A program made the position numbers and the translations under genes. Below the pieces are notes generated by a model. It made no database searches. It saw nothing but the letters and a program-made list of their open reading frames with translations, and was not told the origin of the DNA. 24,240 nucleotides of DNA from a virus. Taxonomy: Duplodnaviria; Caudoviricetes. Positions 8,432 through 17,591 of the stretch are shown here, piece after piece. The first letter of the stretch is position 1; each line of letters begins with the position of its first letter. The stretch covers positions 1 through 24,240 of IMG/VR virus record IMGVR_UViG_3300020043_000527; one strand, written 5' to 3'.

Positions 8432-9727
8432 TTACTCCAATAAGAGGCAGTTATTAGCGGCTTGTTGCATGATGACCCAATTTGTGCCGTCAGACACCAT
8501 TGTCGCCCAATTTCCTACAACTGCCAAGAGGATTGCTGTGCCAGCTACTGTACTGTCGATAGGCACAACGTTGCTTGACGCTGACACCAAAGTCTGCGCC
8601 TGCATGTTTTTAAAAGTCAAAGTGCGGCCAATGTAAGTCGCAGCAGACGGCAAGGTTACGGTGCAAGTCGATCCTGACTTGTTGTTAATCAGCCAAGTAT
8701 CGGTTGCGGCAACCGTAAAGTCAGCCGTCTTGGTGACTGGTGCGCCGCTAGCGGTGTAAATAATAGATGACGCAGGAACGTTCTCCCAGCGCAACTGAAC
8801 CCCATCGTAAACCAGCACATCACCGTTAGCAGGTGTCGGCGCATACACATCAGACAGTTGACTGACCAATGGCTCGGCCTGAACTCTGACAAAGACAGAC
8901 CCAGCGCCAGCTGACGAGGCATTGACCACTGCCGCTACCACAACGTGAGGGATTGGCGCGGCAGGCAGATTTTTTGTTAATCCACCAGCGTATGAAGGGT
9001 TGTAGTACAGGATGTCACCGTCTGCCCAGACCTCGCCATACGGCGTGCCAGTGGTGTCAAACCCCCGCACTAAGCCAAAACTAGAAACCAAGCCAAAGCC
9101 ATTGTTTGCGATGGCTTCTGCGGCAATACCCATAATGAGCTGGCCATTGGTCACGCCAGTAGAAGGCTTGCCCTTCAGCACGCCAGAAGCACCGACAGAG
9201 CCATCAAACATTACCAACTCGCCTTTGGCAATAACAGCCGATGCTTTGATAAAGTAATACTGCGCTTCGCCAACTGGCTGAAGCACGTTAGCGGTCATTT
9301 GGATGCCCAGCGTTGTGCCGCCGTCCCACGCCACAGTGCCAATGTCGGTTGGTAAACTCTCTGGCGTATTGTCAAAAGTTACCCATGGCAAGTTAGCCTG
9401 CTGAAGCGCGGCCATTGTGCCCAACTCTTGCCGTGGCAGTGTCTCAAGCATCTGACGCACGTTTGCAATCTGCGCCTGCAACTCGGCTGACTGAGACGCT
9501 GGCAAGGTCTGCAACTCTTGATTTACTGTGAGTAAAGCCGCATCGTAAGACGCAAGTAAGGATATGGAGTCAGTGGCTAGATCAACATCTTCAACCACAG
9601 ACGTTGCTATGTCTTGCAGCGACAGAAAGAACAAATACCAAGCGCGGTCAATCAGACCCGTGCGAGGGTCGATCAACGGCACTCGCGGTGGCGTGATCGG
9701 CGTTGGCGTCGCGTTAGGACTAGGCAT
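8432..9727 (-). CDS. Tail needle/fibre-like protein (P22 gp26 position)
   Basis: Follows the gp10-like gene; N-terminal coiled-coil, then beta modules including the fibre-type repeat LSQLSDV..PTPANGDVLVYDG...WEN and TKTADFTV...TVTLP. Confidence 0.6.
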   Translation of the reverse strand: MPSPNATPTPITPPRVPLIDPRTGLIDRAWYLFFLSLQDIATSVVEDVDLATDSISLLASYDAALLTVNQELQTLPASQSAELQAQIANVRQMLETLPRQELGTMAALQQANLPWVTFDNTPESLPTDIGTVAWDGGTTLGIQMTANVLQPVGEAQYYFIKASAVIAKGELVMFDGSVGASGVLKGKPSTGVTNGQLIMGIAAEAIANNGFGLVSSFGLVRGFDTTGTPYGEVWADGDILYYNPSYAGGLTKNLPAAPIPHVVVAAVVNASSAGAGSVFVRVQAEPLVSQLSDVYAPTPANGDVLVYDGVQLRWENVPASSIIYTASGAPVTKTADFTVAATDTWLINNKSGSTCTVTLPSAATYIGRTLTFKNMQAQTLVSASSNVVPIDSTVAGTAILLAVVGNWATMVSDGTNWVIMQQAANNCLLLE

Positions 9728-11159
9728 TCGTTGGACTTAGAATAAGTTCTGCGCCCATGATTGCAATCTTCACAGGGTCAGTGCCAGACACTTCATAAAC
9801 ACGGTCACGCAACTTAGTTGTCATGCCAAGCCTACGCCACAGCACGCGCTTGTAATACTCGCCAATCTTGCCCATGGACTTCCAATGCTCGTTTGACCAT
9901 GTGTGACCGCCATCGTCTGAGAAGCGAAGCATGACTTGAGGGTCACTGCCCTGACCAAGATTCAAGCCAACGCCAGATTCGCAATCGAGTTGCAAGGTGT
10001 GCTGGGCCGTGCGGCGCAGATTGTTCTGACCAGTTGGCAGCGCACGCCATGTGCGTAACCACTTCTGGATGCTACCGTTGTCGCTAAAGTCGTCTAGGTC
10101 AAAAGCGTAGATGTTGCCGTTTTCAAAGTCGCCAATAACAACCTTGTTGTTAAACGCCATCTGGCAATTGCCACGGTGACGGGTAAAGTTGCCATCGACA
10201 AAGCCTGCACGCTCATGCCAGGCTTGCGTAGCGGCATCGTAAACCCAAGTCGTGTTAGCACTAGGGAAAACCAGCACATAGAAGCTGTGGCCGTCTTGCT
10301 GGTAAGTGTACGCAATAGCGTCCGATATATCACCGTATTGTTGGATCTGCCACTCAACAGCGTGTGTGGAAATGCGTATCCCTGAATAACCGTTGGCGCG
10401 GTAGACAATACCTTCACCACGGCGGTCACGGCCAAGCCAGAACAGGCCGTTGTCCATCTTGGCTACTGAGTAAGGGGCGGCACAGCCCAACTCGTTAAAA
10501 GCGCCTTGAATGCGCTGTAATGGGAAATCTGTTGCGCCAGAGTCGTACCAGACTTCAATCGAGTTAGTGCCAAAGGCCCAGACCTCACGGAAGTTAGCGG
10601 CCACGGCTACCAAGCCGTCAGGAGAGCCTTCAGTGCTTGCAAATTCAAGAGGGTCAATGGATGTGCCGTCTAGCAGTGCAGTGATCCACAGCTTCTGGCT
10701 GTTTGGCTCGTTGAACACAAAGTAGCCGTCCAGATAGCAGACAGTCACAGCACCTGGGAAGTCAGGGTCGGTGATTTGGCCAAAGGCATTTGTCGTGTTG
10801 TTGTAGATGTAGCTAGGGCCATTGGCCGCAATGAACAACTGCGTGCCGTTGTCAGCCAAACTGACAGGGCCAGTACCAGCCACCGTGCCAATTAGCGTGG
10901 CCACATACGCGGTGGTGATCTTGTAAAGCTGAGTGCCAGACACCACAAAGGCTGTGCTGTCGTTAGACGAGAACGCCCACAGGCCACGGATCGGGCCGTT
11001 GCCAATGGTGTTGAGCAGTTTCAGACCTGGGGCGCGGTTTAGGAACGCAGGCTCTTTACCGGCCTCTGGGACAATCTCGGGGAAAAGATTGACCATCCGA
11101 GCGTCTGCTGCATTGACGCTTCGGGTGACGTAAGTGCTGCCAAGAATCGGCGTTTTCAT
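9720..11159 (-). CDS. Tail hub / packaged DNA stabilization protein, P22 gp10-like
   Basis: VNLFPE, DNGTQL, DGYFVF, FASTEGSPDG, GHSFYVL, TWVYD, SDDGGHTWSNE, WRRLG motifs; ATG at 11159 overlaps the gp4-like stop. Confidence 0.9.
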   Translation of the reverse strand: MKTPILGSTYVTRSVNAADARMVNLFPEIVPEAGKEPAFLNRAPGLKLLNTIGNGPIRGLWAFSSNDSTAFVVSGTQLYKITTAYVATLIGTVAGTGPVSLADNGTQLFIAANGPSYIYNNTTNAFGQITDPDFPGAVTVCYLDGYFVFNEPNSQKLWITALLDGTSIDPLEFASTEGSPDGLVAVAANFREVWAFGTNSIEVWYDSGATDFPLQRIQGAFNELGCAAPYSVAKMDNGLFWLGRDRRGEGIVYRANGYSGIRISTHAVEWQIQQYGDISDAIAYTYQQDGHSFYVLVFPSANTTWVYDAATQAWHERAGFVDGNFTRHRGNCQMAFNNKVVIGDFENGNIYAFDLDDFSDNGSIQKWLRTWRALPTGQNNLRRTAQHTLQLDCESGVGLNLGQGSDPQVMLRFSDDGGHTWSNEHWKSMGKIGEYYKRVLWRRLGMTTKLRDRVYEVSGTDPVKIAIMGAELILSPTNA

Positions 11160-11872
11160 CAATAGTTACCGGCATAGATGTTGAAACGCTGGCGGTTGGC
11201 CACCAATGCGTAAGGCAGTGCCATCACGTCATCTGGGTTGTTGATGCGCTTCAAGTCACGCTTAGAAGTCATGGCAATGCGCTGCACTTGTGGGCTTGGC
11301 TCAATGCCAAACTCAGGGGCAAACTCCATGGCCAAGTTGTAAGTAAACGCACGCAGATAGCCTGGTGGGTAGTACAAAATCGTGGACAGTGTGGCGGGGT
11401 TGTTCAACTCTTGAACCGACACAAAGTGAAACTCCAAGTCCTGCGTAGGGCGTGGGTAGAGATATATCTCAATGTTAGGGAACGTCATGTTGACCCACAT
11501 CACTTGTGGGTAAGTAGACGTCACGGTCTTAACAGCAATACCGTTGTACTGCTGTTGGTTAATCATTTTGATGCCATACGACACGTTATTTGTCGCTTTG
11601 AAGTATGTAGCATCGTCAAGCAAGATGGGGCGAAGACCTACGAAGTCACCAGACGGGCCAAGGGTGCGGCTAATTAAGCCTGCGGGCCATGTAAAGACTT
11701 GATCTTGCGTGGAGAACACTGACAGACGCTCGGTCTGCCAGCTATCAATCATTTGGTTGAGCGCCATTAAGGCGTCTTGAGAAGTAGCAGCAGAGGGCGT
11801 TTCGCCTTCAGCAAGCACACCGAGAAGCCGAAGGGCACGTTCAATTTGTTGGCCAGCGGTGTACGTTGTCAT
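11159..11872 (-). CDS. Head-tail adaptor, P22 gp4-like
   Basis: TAGQQIERALRLLGVLA.GE...DALMALNQMIDSW N-terminus and YNLAMEFAPEFG; position between coat region and gp10. Confidence 0.8.
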   Translation of the reverse strand: MTTYTAGQQIERALRLLGVLAEGETPSAATSQDALMALNQMIDSWQTERLSVFSTQDQVFTWPAGLISRTLGPSGDFVGLRPILLDDATYFKATNNVSYGIKMINQQQYNGIAVKTVTSTYPQVMWVNMTFPNIEIYLYPRPTQDLEFHFVSVQELNNPATLSTILYYPPGYLRAFTYNLAMEFAPEFGIEPSPQVQRIAMTSKRDLKRINNPDDVMALPYALVANRQRFNIYAGNY

Positions 11873-11874
11873 GC

Positions 11875-12060
11875 TTAAACCTCTTCAGTAGTCACTTTTC
11901 TACGGCGCTTAACTTCCAGCACGTTAACAGGAGCCGCTTCGGGTTCGGAAGACGTGTCTGGATTATAGCGAGTCCAGCCGTTTCTTTCATCCATCTCAGC
12001 CTCTAAATCCATAGTTGCAATTTTAGCGCCGTGAACGGGGTGAGAAAGGTAGATGATCAT
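11875..12060 (-). CDS. Hypothetical protein, 61 aa
   Basis: Fills the gap between the hairpin and the gp4-like gene; YLSHPVHGAK motif, basic KRRRK tail. Confidence 0.65.
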   Translation of the reverse strand: MIIYLSHPVHGAKIATMDLEAEMDERNGWTRYNPDTSSEPEAAPVNVLEVKRRRKVTTEEV

Positions 12061-12068
12061 AATTTAAG

Positions 12069-12091
12069 AATGGGGGTGATTAGCCCCCATT
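12069..12091 (-). terminator. Intergenic GC hairpin (weak terminator or mRNA stabiliser)
   Basis: AATGGGGG...CCCCCATT 8-bp stem immediately after the stop at 12097; no strong U tract. Confidence 0.55.
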
Positions 12092-12096
12092 TGGTT

Positions 12097-12333
12097 TTAA
12101 CCGATAACCCAGTTTGTGCCGTTGCAGAAAACGGGAACAATGTTAGAGCCACCGCCAGCAACGGTAGCGCCAGCATTACTAGCGTAAGCGGCGTTTGAGT
12201 CGCTTACAGCAGACCGAGTACCAGCCAAGGCGGCGGATGCTGTGGGCAACTGGGCAACTGTATAGAGCGTAAATTGCGCTTCGTCCAACGCAGGGTCAGC
12301 GAATGCTACGCCAACAGGCTTAGTGTTTGACAT
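12097..12333 (-). CDS. Small virion (capsid decoration/fibre) protein, 78 aa
   Basis: True start probably ATG at 12333 (MSNTKPVGVAFADP) after AAGGA; YTVAQLP...VPVFCNGTNWVIG module typical of fibre tips. Confidence 0.65.
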   Translation of the reverse strand: MSNTKPVGVAFADPALDEAQFTLYTVAQLPTASAALAGTRSAVSDSNAAYASNAGATVAGGGSNIVPVFCNGTNWVIG

Positions 12334-12344
12334 GATTTTTCCTT

Positions 12345-12372
12345 TAAAAAATGAGGGCCGAAGCCCCCATTT
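12345..12372 (-). terminator. Rho-independent terminator-like hairpin with C(UUCG)G loop
   Basis: Minus strand AAATGGGGGC-TTCG-GCCCTCATTTTTT. Confidence 0.7.
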
Positions 12373-12376
12373 AGGT

Positions 12377-12805
12377 TTAGGCAACGCGGTAGATTGAGTA
12401 CGCTGCGTCACCAGTTTTGCGGAAACGGAACGTGCCAGATGTGTTGCTGGTTTTAGTCAGCGAATCTTGGATCGTGTCGTTACCAACAAGGGTGTTGCCC
12501 GTACCAGCAGTGAAAACCACGTCATTTGCTGCATTGTCACCAAGATTGATGAAAGCGCAGTCAAATGTCGAGCCAACTTTAAGGCTAGGGAATGCAGCGT
12601 CAAGCAATGCGCCTGTGGGGAACACATAGGCTCCTGCGTCTGTGCCGCCTGAGTCCATGGTACACACACCAGAAGCCAAATCGGCTGCGGTGATAGTGAC
12701 AGCCGCGCCAGTCAAAGCGACGGGAGTGCTGGTGTTGGAAAAACTGATTTCGCCAAGATTGCCGTCACCAACTTGGTAACCGCCTGCGCCATTAGGGAGA
12801 GCCAT
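12377..12805 (-). CDS. Probable capsid decoration/auxiliary head protein
   Basis: Directly after coat, strong RBS (AAAGGA), small-residue beta-rich; MALPNGAGGYQVGDGN start, FRFRKTG end. Confidence 0.65.
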   Translation of the reverse strand: MALPNGAGGYQVGDGNLGEISFSNTSTPVALTGAAVTITAADLASGVCTMDSGGTDAGAYVFPTGALLDAAFPSLKVGSTFDCAFINLGDNAANDVVFTAGTGNTLVGNDTIQDSLTKTSNTSGTFRFRKTGDAAYSIYRVA

Positions 12806-12838
12806 GATAAATTCCTTTCAATGTTAATAACAGAGATA

Positions 12839-12852
12839 GGGGCCGAAGCCCC
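12839..12852 (-). terminator. Hairpin with C(UUCG)G tetraloop after the coat gene
   Basis: Minus strand GGGGC-TTCG-GCCCC, 6 nt after the coat stop; weak U tract. Confidence 0.6.
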
Positions 12853-12858
12853 AATCAA

Positions 12859-14061
12859 TTAGCCCCAGATACGGCAGCCCATTTGTGGGCGGATCGTATT
12901 GAAACCGTACAAAACGTCGATACGGCAAGGCATACGGTCGTTGTTGATGTCGTATTGACGAACAACACGCAAGCTGATACCGTTGTGAACTGCGCGAGCA
13001 GCCATGTCAACACCTTGTGGCAACAGCAAGTCAGCGGTTGCAAAAGTGATGGCATCCTTGTGGTAGACCAAGTTCTGAGCGTACTGGCTAGATGCAGCAC
13101 CAACGAACACAACAGCCTTACCAGCGACAGGGAAGCTGTCAACGGTAGCCAAAGCATTGGCAGAAGTGTAGATAGGAGCGACATTAACAGTAATTGCGGT
13201 CAAAGTAGCAGTTGCGTCAGCCAAAGCAACGAACTGGAACAAAGAACCAGTGGACTCACGAGTCTGTGGGTTCACGGCGAAGCAATCAGCGATGGTGAAC
13301 ACGTCACCGGCTTTAATGGTCAAACCAGAGCCGATAGTCAACGCCAATGTAGCTGTGCCTTGAGCAGTCACAGTGGTAGTCACAGAGTTGCCGGTGGCAA
13401 CGCGTGAACCAGTGGTGTGCTGCTTGATAGACTGCGACATGTTGATCTCGTCAAAGCCCAACACGCCAGTGCCCATCATGCCGTTCTTGAATTGCTTGCT
13501 GATAGTGTCTGTTGGGTTGAACAGACCTTTCATGCCTTCAACCAAGCCAGCGTTAGCAGCAGGGTTCACGGTAGCGTAACGTGGGGTCATCACAGCTGCG
13601 TTCTCGTTCAGCTTCTGCTGGGCTTGGAGCAAGACCAAAGAAGTAGAAGGAGTGGTGCCAGGTGTACCAACGGTGTTACCGATGGTTTTGTACGCATTGG
13701 CCACATCTGCATCAATAGAAGATGCCAACTGGCTAATACGAGGCTTCAACACACGCTCTGCGAAGTCATCCAATTGCATGGTCAATTCAGCAGATGTGAA
13801 GTTGACACCGATGTGCTTTTGGCTGGCAACGGTCAAAGTGGTGAACTGTTCGTTGTCGTCTTGCACTTGCAAGGCGGCGCCGTCAGTTACCAGAGCGCGG
13901 TCGGGCAAACGGATACGCAAGGTAGAGCCGATTTTTGCACCTTCAACAGCGAAGGAATCGTCATATTGACGGTTCACGTTGCGTGTCAAAACGAGGTTGT
14001 TTTCCAAGATCTCCAACGCTTTGCGTGTGATCATGTCAATCGTCAGAATACTATTAGACAT
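12859..14061 (-). CDS. Major capsid protein, P22 coat (gp5) family
   Basis: MSNSILTIDMITRKAL.ILEN, KIGSTLRIRLP, QNLVYHKDA, CRIDVLYG motifs; strong RBS and biased codon usage. Confidence 0.93.
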   Translation of the reverse strand: MSNSILTIDMITRKALEILENNLVLTRNVNRQYDDSFAVEGAKIGSTLRIRLPDRALVTDGAALQVQDDNEQFTTLTVASQKHIGVNFTSAELTMQLDDFAERVLKPRISQLASSIDADVANAYKTIGNTVGTPGTTPSTSLVLLQAQQKLNENAAVMTPRYATVNPAANAGLVEGMKGLFNPTDTISKQFKNGMMGTGVLGFDEINMSQSIKQHTTGSRVATGNSVTTTVTAQGTATLALTIGSGLTIKAGDVFTIADCFAVNPQTRESTGSLFQFVALADATATLTAITVNVAPIYTSANALATVDSFPVAGKAVVFVGAASSQYAQNLVYHKDAITFATADLLLPQGVDMAARAVHNGISLRVVRQYDINNDRMPCRIDVLYGFNTIRPQMGCRIWG

Positions 14062-14081
14062 TTTAAAAATCCTTTAAAGTT

Positions 14082-14870
14082 TTAGCGGTTCTGCGCTTCC
14101 CACTTCTTCATCTGTCGTTTGCGTTCGGCCTCAATCCACTGCGAATCCGTCATGGTCTTGGTAGACCTTGGATCAGTAGTGTCATAAGCCGACACTCCAG
14201 TGGAGCGTGCGGTGACAGGAGAAATCGGCGCTGGCGCAGATGTTGTTTTCTTGACTGGGGGCGCTGCGGCCAATTTGGCCTCAATTTTCCCAATCTCTTT
14301 CGCCTGACCGAGTGGCGTCATACGCGAGATACGATCTGCTTCTTTTGGATTTGAGCCAAGGTAGTACGCTAACTCAGGCCCAATGTCCGAAGACTGGATC
14401 GTTTCAGCCATCACGTTTGTGATCGGCAGTTTGGGGTTGTAAGCGACTTGTTCAAAGTCATCGTACTTGTCCCGTGCTTGCTCTTCACGCTCTTGATAGC
14501 TTTCGAGAACGGCTGATTGCTGCTTGGCTGCTTCACGTTTAGCGATCAGTTCTTCGGCTTTCTGATAGGCCATTGCTTCCGCATAGGCTTCAGGGCTTTC
14601 AAACTGGTCAACGGACGCAGTTGGCGCGGCTTTCACGATTTGCGTTTCCGCAGACCGATTTGCTTGCTCTCTTTCCCACTTACGTTGCTCTCTTGCGAGG
14701 CGTTTGCCGATCATCGCATCAATTTCAGCCTGGGAGTATTTTTTCTCCTCGACTTGATCAACTTGGTTCTCAGCGACTTCCGGCGTACTTTCAGCAACTT
14801 CAGGTGTGGCCGTCACATCCATCGTTGGCGCGGAGTCTACTTCCGCTAGGGCTTGGACTTCTTCAGTCAT
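14082..14870 (-). CDS. Scaffolding protein
   Basis: Acidic N-terminus, coiled coil, GPELAYYLG.NP.EA.RI and SAPAPISPV motifs; directly upstream of coat. Confidence 0.85.
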   Translation of the reverse strand: MTEEVQALAEVDSAPTMDVTATPEVAESTPEVAENQVDQVEEKKYSQAEIDAMIGKRLAREQRKWEREQANRSAETQIVKAAPTASVDQFESPEAYAEAMAYQKAEELIAKREAAKQQSAVLESYQEREEQARDKYDDFEQVAYNPKLPITNVMAETIQSSDIGPELAYYLGSNPKEADRISRMTPLGQAKEIGKIEAKLAAAPPVKKTTSAPAPISPVTARSTGVSAYDTTDPRSTKTMTDSQWIEAERKRQMKKWEAQNR

Positions 14871-14874
14871 TTAT

Positions 14875-14949
14875 GAATCCTAAGATTCCCCGGTGAACCT
14901 CGCCGGTAAGGTTTTTTGAATCTTACACCTAATTTAATACTAAGTGCAA
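14875..14949 (-). promoter_or_regulatory. Putative sigma70 promoter and structured leader of scaffold-coat
   Basis: Minus strand TTGCAC (14949-14944), 18 nt, TAAGAT (14925-14920); leader hairpins CCGG..CCGG and GAATC-TTAG-GATTC over the AGGA SD. Confidence 0.55.
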
Positions 14950-14954
14950 GATAG

Positions 14955-16616
14955 TTAAATTGCTGCAATAACAAAAGCTAACAATTCGTCATAGCGTAGG
15001 CCAAAACGATCACCAGCGGTTTTGACAAGAATTTGATTGCCTGTTTCGTATTGCTCCATGACTGGATTTTTTTCTTTATCCAATTCTGGCTCACCTTTGT
15101 CATTTAACTTTGCACGAGTTGCAAGTTCTGGCTCATATTCATCATCCCATTTGTCGTAACAGAACAACGCATATTTTTCAGGATCAAGACCATTGGCTAC
15201 AAATGCACTAGCAACTTCTTGCGCCATTGCACCAAAGTGGATCCGCGCATCGTTTCCTTTTTTAGCAACTGCATCTTTAAAACGATATGACTTAATCAGA
15301 CTTTTGATTGCAACCGCTGTTTGACGCTCTGCTTCGCTCAGGTTTGCAATGTCTTGCTTTTCTCGTATATCGGAAGTATTGATTGTTCCAGTTCCAGCGT
15401 AAACAACTGACCAGCGATTTCCTGAAGCACCAAGTGACTTGTCGTTATCCGTCATTGGAATGAAAAGTGTATTGCTCATTCGATATGCTTCAGCCAACAC
15501 GCCGCTAGTGGCTTGGTAAAAAGTCATATTGGTTGTGGTTGGTGTAGCAGATTGCGTTGTAGCAATCAGGCCGCCATCTATCGCCGCAACGCCATCACCA
15601 CCATTTGGTGTACCGAAATATATGCCAACACCTCTACCATTTGCATTTGTTGATTGACCATTAACGGACAACAGTCTTTCAATGCCGGTAAACGATACTG
15701 CTGTAATTGTGGCACTATTTTTAATTTGGCTTGTGTTCAATACTGCGCTGGTATATCCCAAAATGTTTGAGAACGAACCAGCATCGGTAAAACCAGATCC
15801 TGATTGCCCAATAAAACAGTTGTATTTACCAGCATTGTAAAGTTGGCCGGACAAATTGCCTTCGTCAAAGTCTCCAGCAATAACTGTGCTTTTATCAGCC
15901 TCATTGGTCAATATCATTCCATACAGACCATTTTGTTCAGCAAGAATGTTGATAAAAGTATTTCCCCAAGCGTTGCCAACGCTGATACCACTTCCAGCAT
16001 TCTCGCGAACCGATATATTGATTGCACATCCTGCATTGCAATCTGCAACTGGATATGTCAAAAATCCATCATCAAGTACGATCCCAAAACCGCTGTTATA
16101 GGACGCTTCTACACGATAAAGTGACCAGCAGTTGCAATTCAAATAACCACTGGCTGGTGTTGAGCCAATAAAAATACCTTCTTCAGCGTGGCCATTAGAT
16201 GAAACAAATTCAAGTGATTGGTAATTGTTGGCCATCCAAATACCACGGCCTAAAGCACCGGCAATTCTATATACACCAAGATTTTGAAGCCTTGCTCGTT
16301 TGCCAACTAATTTCACACCTGTGGTTGTCATTGAGGCAATCTTGGTTAACCTTGTTGGCTCACCTTCTGATCCGCCAGCATAAGCCGCAGTATTGCCTTG
16401 ACCACGCAAAGTCACGCCTTCAGGCACTTCAATGGTTGTTCCAAACAACAAAATGCCGCCTGGCAATTGAACATCACGAACAACACCAGCGGCAGCGGCA
16501 TTTAAAGCGGCTTGAATGGCGGCGGCGTTGTCTGCGTTAGATGTTGAAGCGCCATAATCAACTGCATTGATGCAATTGCCAGCGATCATTGAGTATGAAA
16601 CTTGTGTTAATGCCAT
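14955..16616 (-). CDS. Tailspike: beta-helix (pectate-lyase-like) with C-terminal peptidase S74-type intramolecular chaperone
   Basis: NAVDYGA...DNAAAIQAALNA start, Asn/Gly beta-helix repeats, TINTSDIREK cleavage motif, HFGAMAQEV, GLRYDEL. Confidence 0.85.
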   Translation of the reverse strand: MALTQVSYSMIAGNCINAVDYGASTSNADNAAAIQAALNAAAAGVVRDVQLPGGILLFGTTIEVPEGVTLRGQGNTAAYAGGSEGEPTRLTKIASMTTTGVKLVGKRARLQNLGVYRIAGALGRGIWMANNYQSLEFVSSNGHAEEGIFIGSTPASGYLNCNCWSLYRVEASYNSGFGIVLDDGFLTYPVADCNAGCAINISVRENAGSGISVGNAWGNTFINILAEQNGLYGMILTNEADKSTVIAGDFDEGNLSGQLYNAGKYNCFIGQSGSGFTDAGSFSNILGYTSAVLNTSQIKNSATITAVSFTGIERLLSVNGQSTNANGRGVGIYFGTPNGGDGVAAIDGGLIATTQSATPTTTNMTFYQATSGVLAEAYRMSNTLFIPMTDNDKSLGASGNRWSVVYAGTGTINTSDIREKQDIANLSEAERQTAVAIKSLIKSYRFKDAVAKKGNDARIHFGAMAQEVASAFVANGLDPEKYALFCYDKWDDEYEPELATRAKLNDKGEPELDKEKNPVMEQYETGNQILVKTAGDRFGLRYDELLAFVIAAI

Positions 16617-16640
16617 AATTTTTCCGTTAAAGAATATTTC

Positions 16641-17582
16641 TTAACAAGCCATTAAAACGCAAGGCACACAATATGAACCGTCTGCATATGTGCAAGTGAC
16701 ATGATTTGATGTGACTTTGGCAATCGTCTTGGCACGAATAATGTCGTCACCTTGTGGCTTGGCAGTGCCATCACCAGCAGACATGAGCAAGTCACCACGG
16801 GTAACGGTTACGCCTTGAGCAATGCGGATAATCATGTCACCCGTCATAGCCATGTTGATTTCGTCCACGTTGTGCGCATCGTCGTGTGTCCAGTTAACGA
16901 ACACACCAGCAACATCGACATCACCTTGAACATCAGAAACTTTGACCTTGTTGAGCTGTTCGTTTTCGACAGGATTGCCATCAACGTCAACGTACTGGTT
17001 CATCTCGTCAAGGTTGGACAAGACAGTGCCCTTGACCAAAGAATCGTCTTTGGGGCCAGTGGTCTGTGCCCAGCGAGACAAGTGACCGCCGTTGTAGGAC
17101 ACTGTTGTACCAGATACAGAGATTGTTCCTTCTAATGTACCAGCTTGATAAAAAGCAACTAAAGTACCATCGCTTACATGACGATTAATTTCTAAAGGCG
17201 CTCCACCGCTTGCTCTTGCGTTTGTAAGAACAAGCGCTGCATCATCGGGGCTTCCTGATATTAATTCAACGCCGTTTGTATCTCTGTTAGAACTTGACTT
17301 TCCAACTAAAACAGTGCCACTTAATAATGGCGATGCTGCCAACACATTGCTTCCTGTGCCTGTATTGGTAACGCTTACCGCATTCTTGCTTGCATCTAGC
17401 GCCAGCGCAGTAGATGCTGTTAAACCTGAAATAGTAACGCCCAAAGCGCTAATTACGCGGCCTGCGGTCAAATCAGATACAGCAACTTTAACAGTCGCGC
17501 TAGATTGAACAATCGGCAATACTTCTGTGCCTGCAAGGGGAGTGGTTGATGCGGTCAGCGCTGAAATCTTTTTATCTGCCAT
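16641..17582 (-). CDS. Tail fibre-like protein with C-terminal autoproteolytic (peptidase G2/IMC-like) domain
   Basis: MADKKISAL...GTEVLPIVQ docking-type N-terminus; GGHLSRWAQ, KGTVLSN, VTRGDLLMSAGDGTAKPQ, VPCVL C-terminal domain. Confidence 0.7.
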   Translation of the reverse strand: MADKKISALTASTTPLAGTEVLPIVQSSATVKVAVSDLTAGRVISALGVTISGLTASTALALDASKNAVSVTNTGTGSNVLAASPLLSGTVLVGKSSSNRDTNGVELISGSPDDAALVLTNARASGGAPLEINRHVSDGTLVAFYQAGTLEGTISVSGTTVSYNGGHLSRWAQTTGPKDDSLVKGTVLSNLDEMNQYVDVDGNPVENEQLNKVKVSDVQGDVDVAGVFVNWTHDDAHNVDEINMAMTGDMIIRIAQGVTVTRGDLLMSAGDGTAKPQGDDIIRAKTIAKVTSNHVTCTYADGSYCVPCVLMAC

Positions 17583-17591
17583 GATTATTCC

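Noticed and set aside
12334-12411. 5' extension of ORF 12097-12411
   Set aside because: Overlaps the upstream gene and crosses the terminator hairpin; ATG at 12333 has a proper SD.
12855-13184. Alternate-frame ORF over the coat 3' end, as a possible frameshift extension
   Set aside because: Ends only 4 nt beyond the coat stop, so it adds no domain; no slippery site noticed.
13417-14085. 222-aa plus-strand ORF opposite the coat gene
   Set aside because: Antisense shadow of a codon-biased gene; no RBS or protein-like features.
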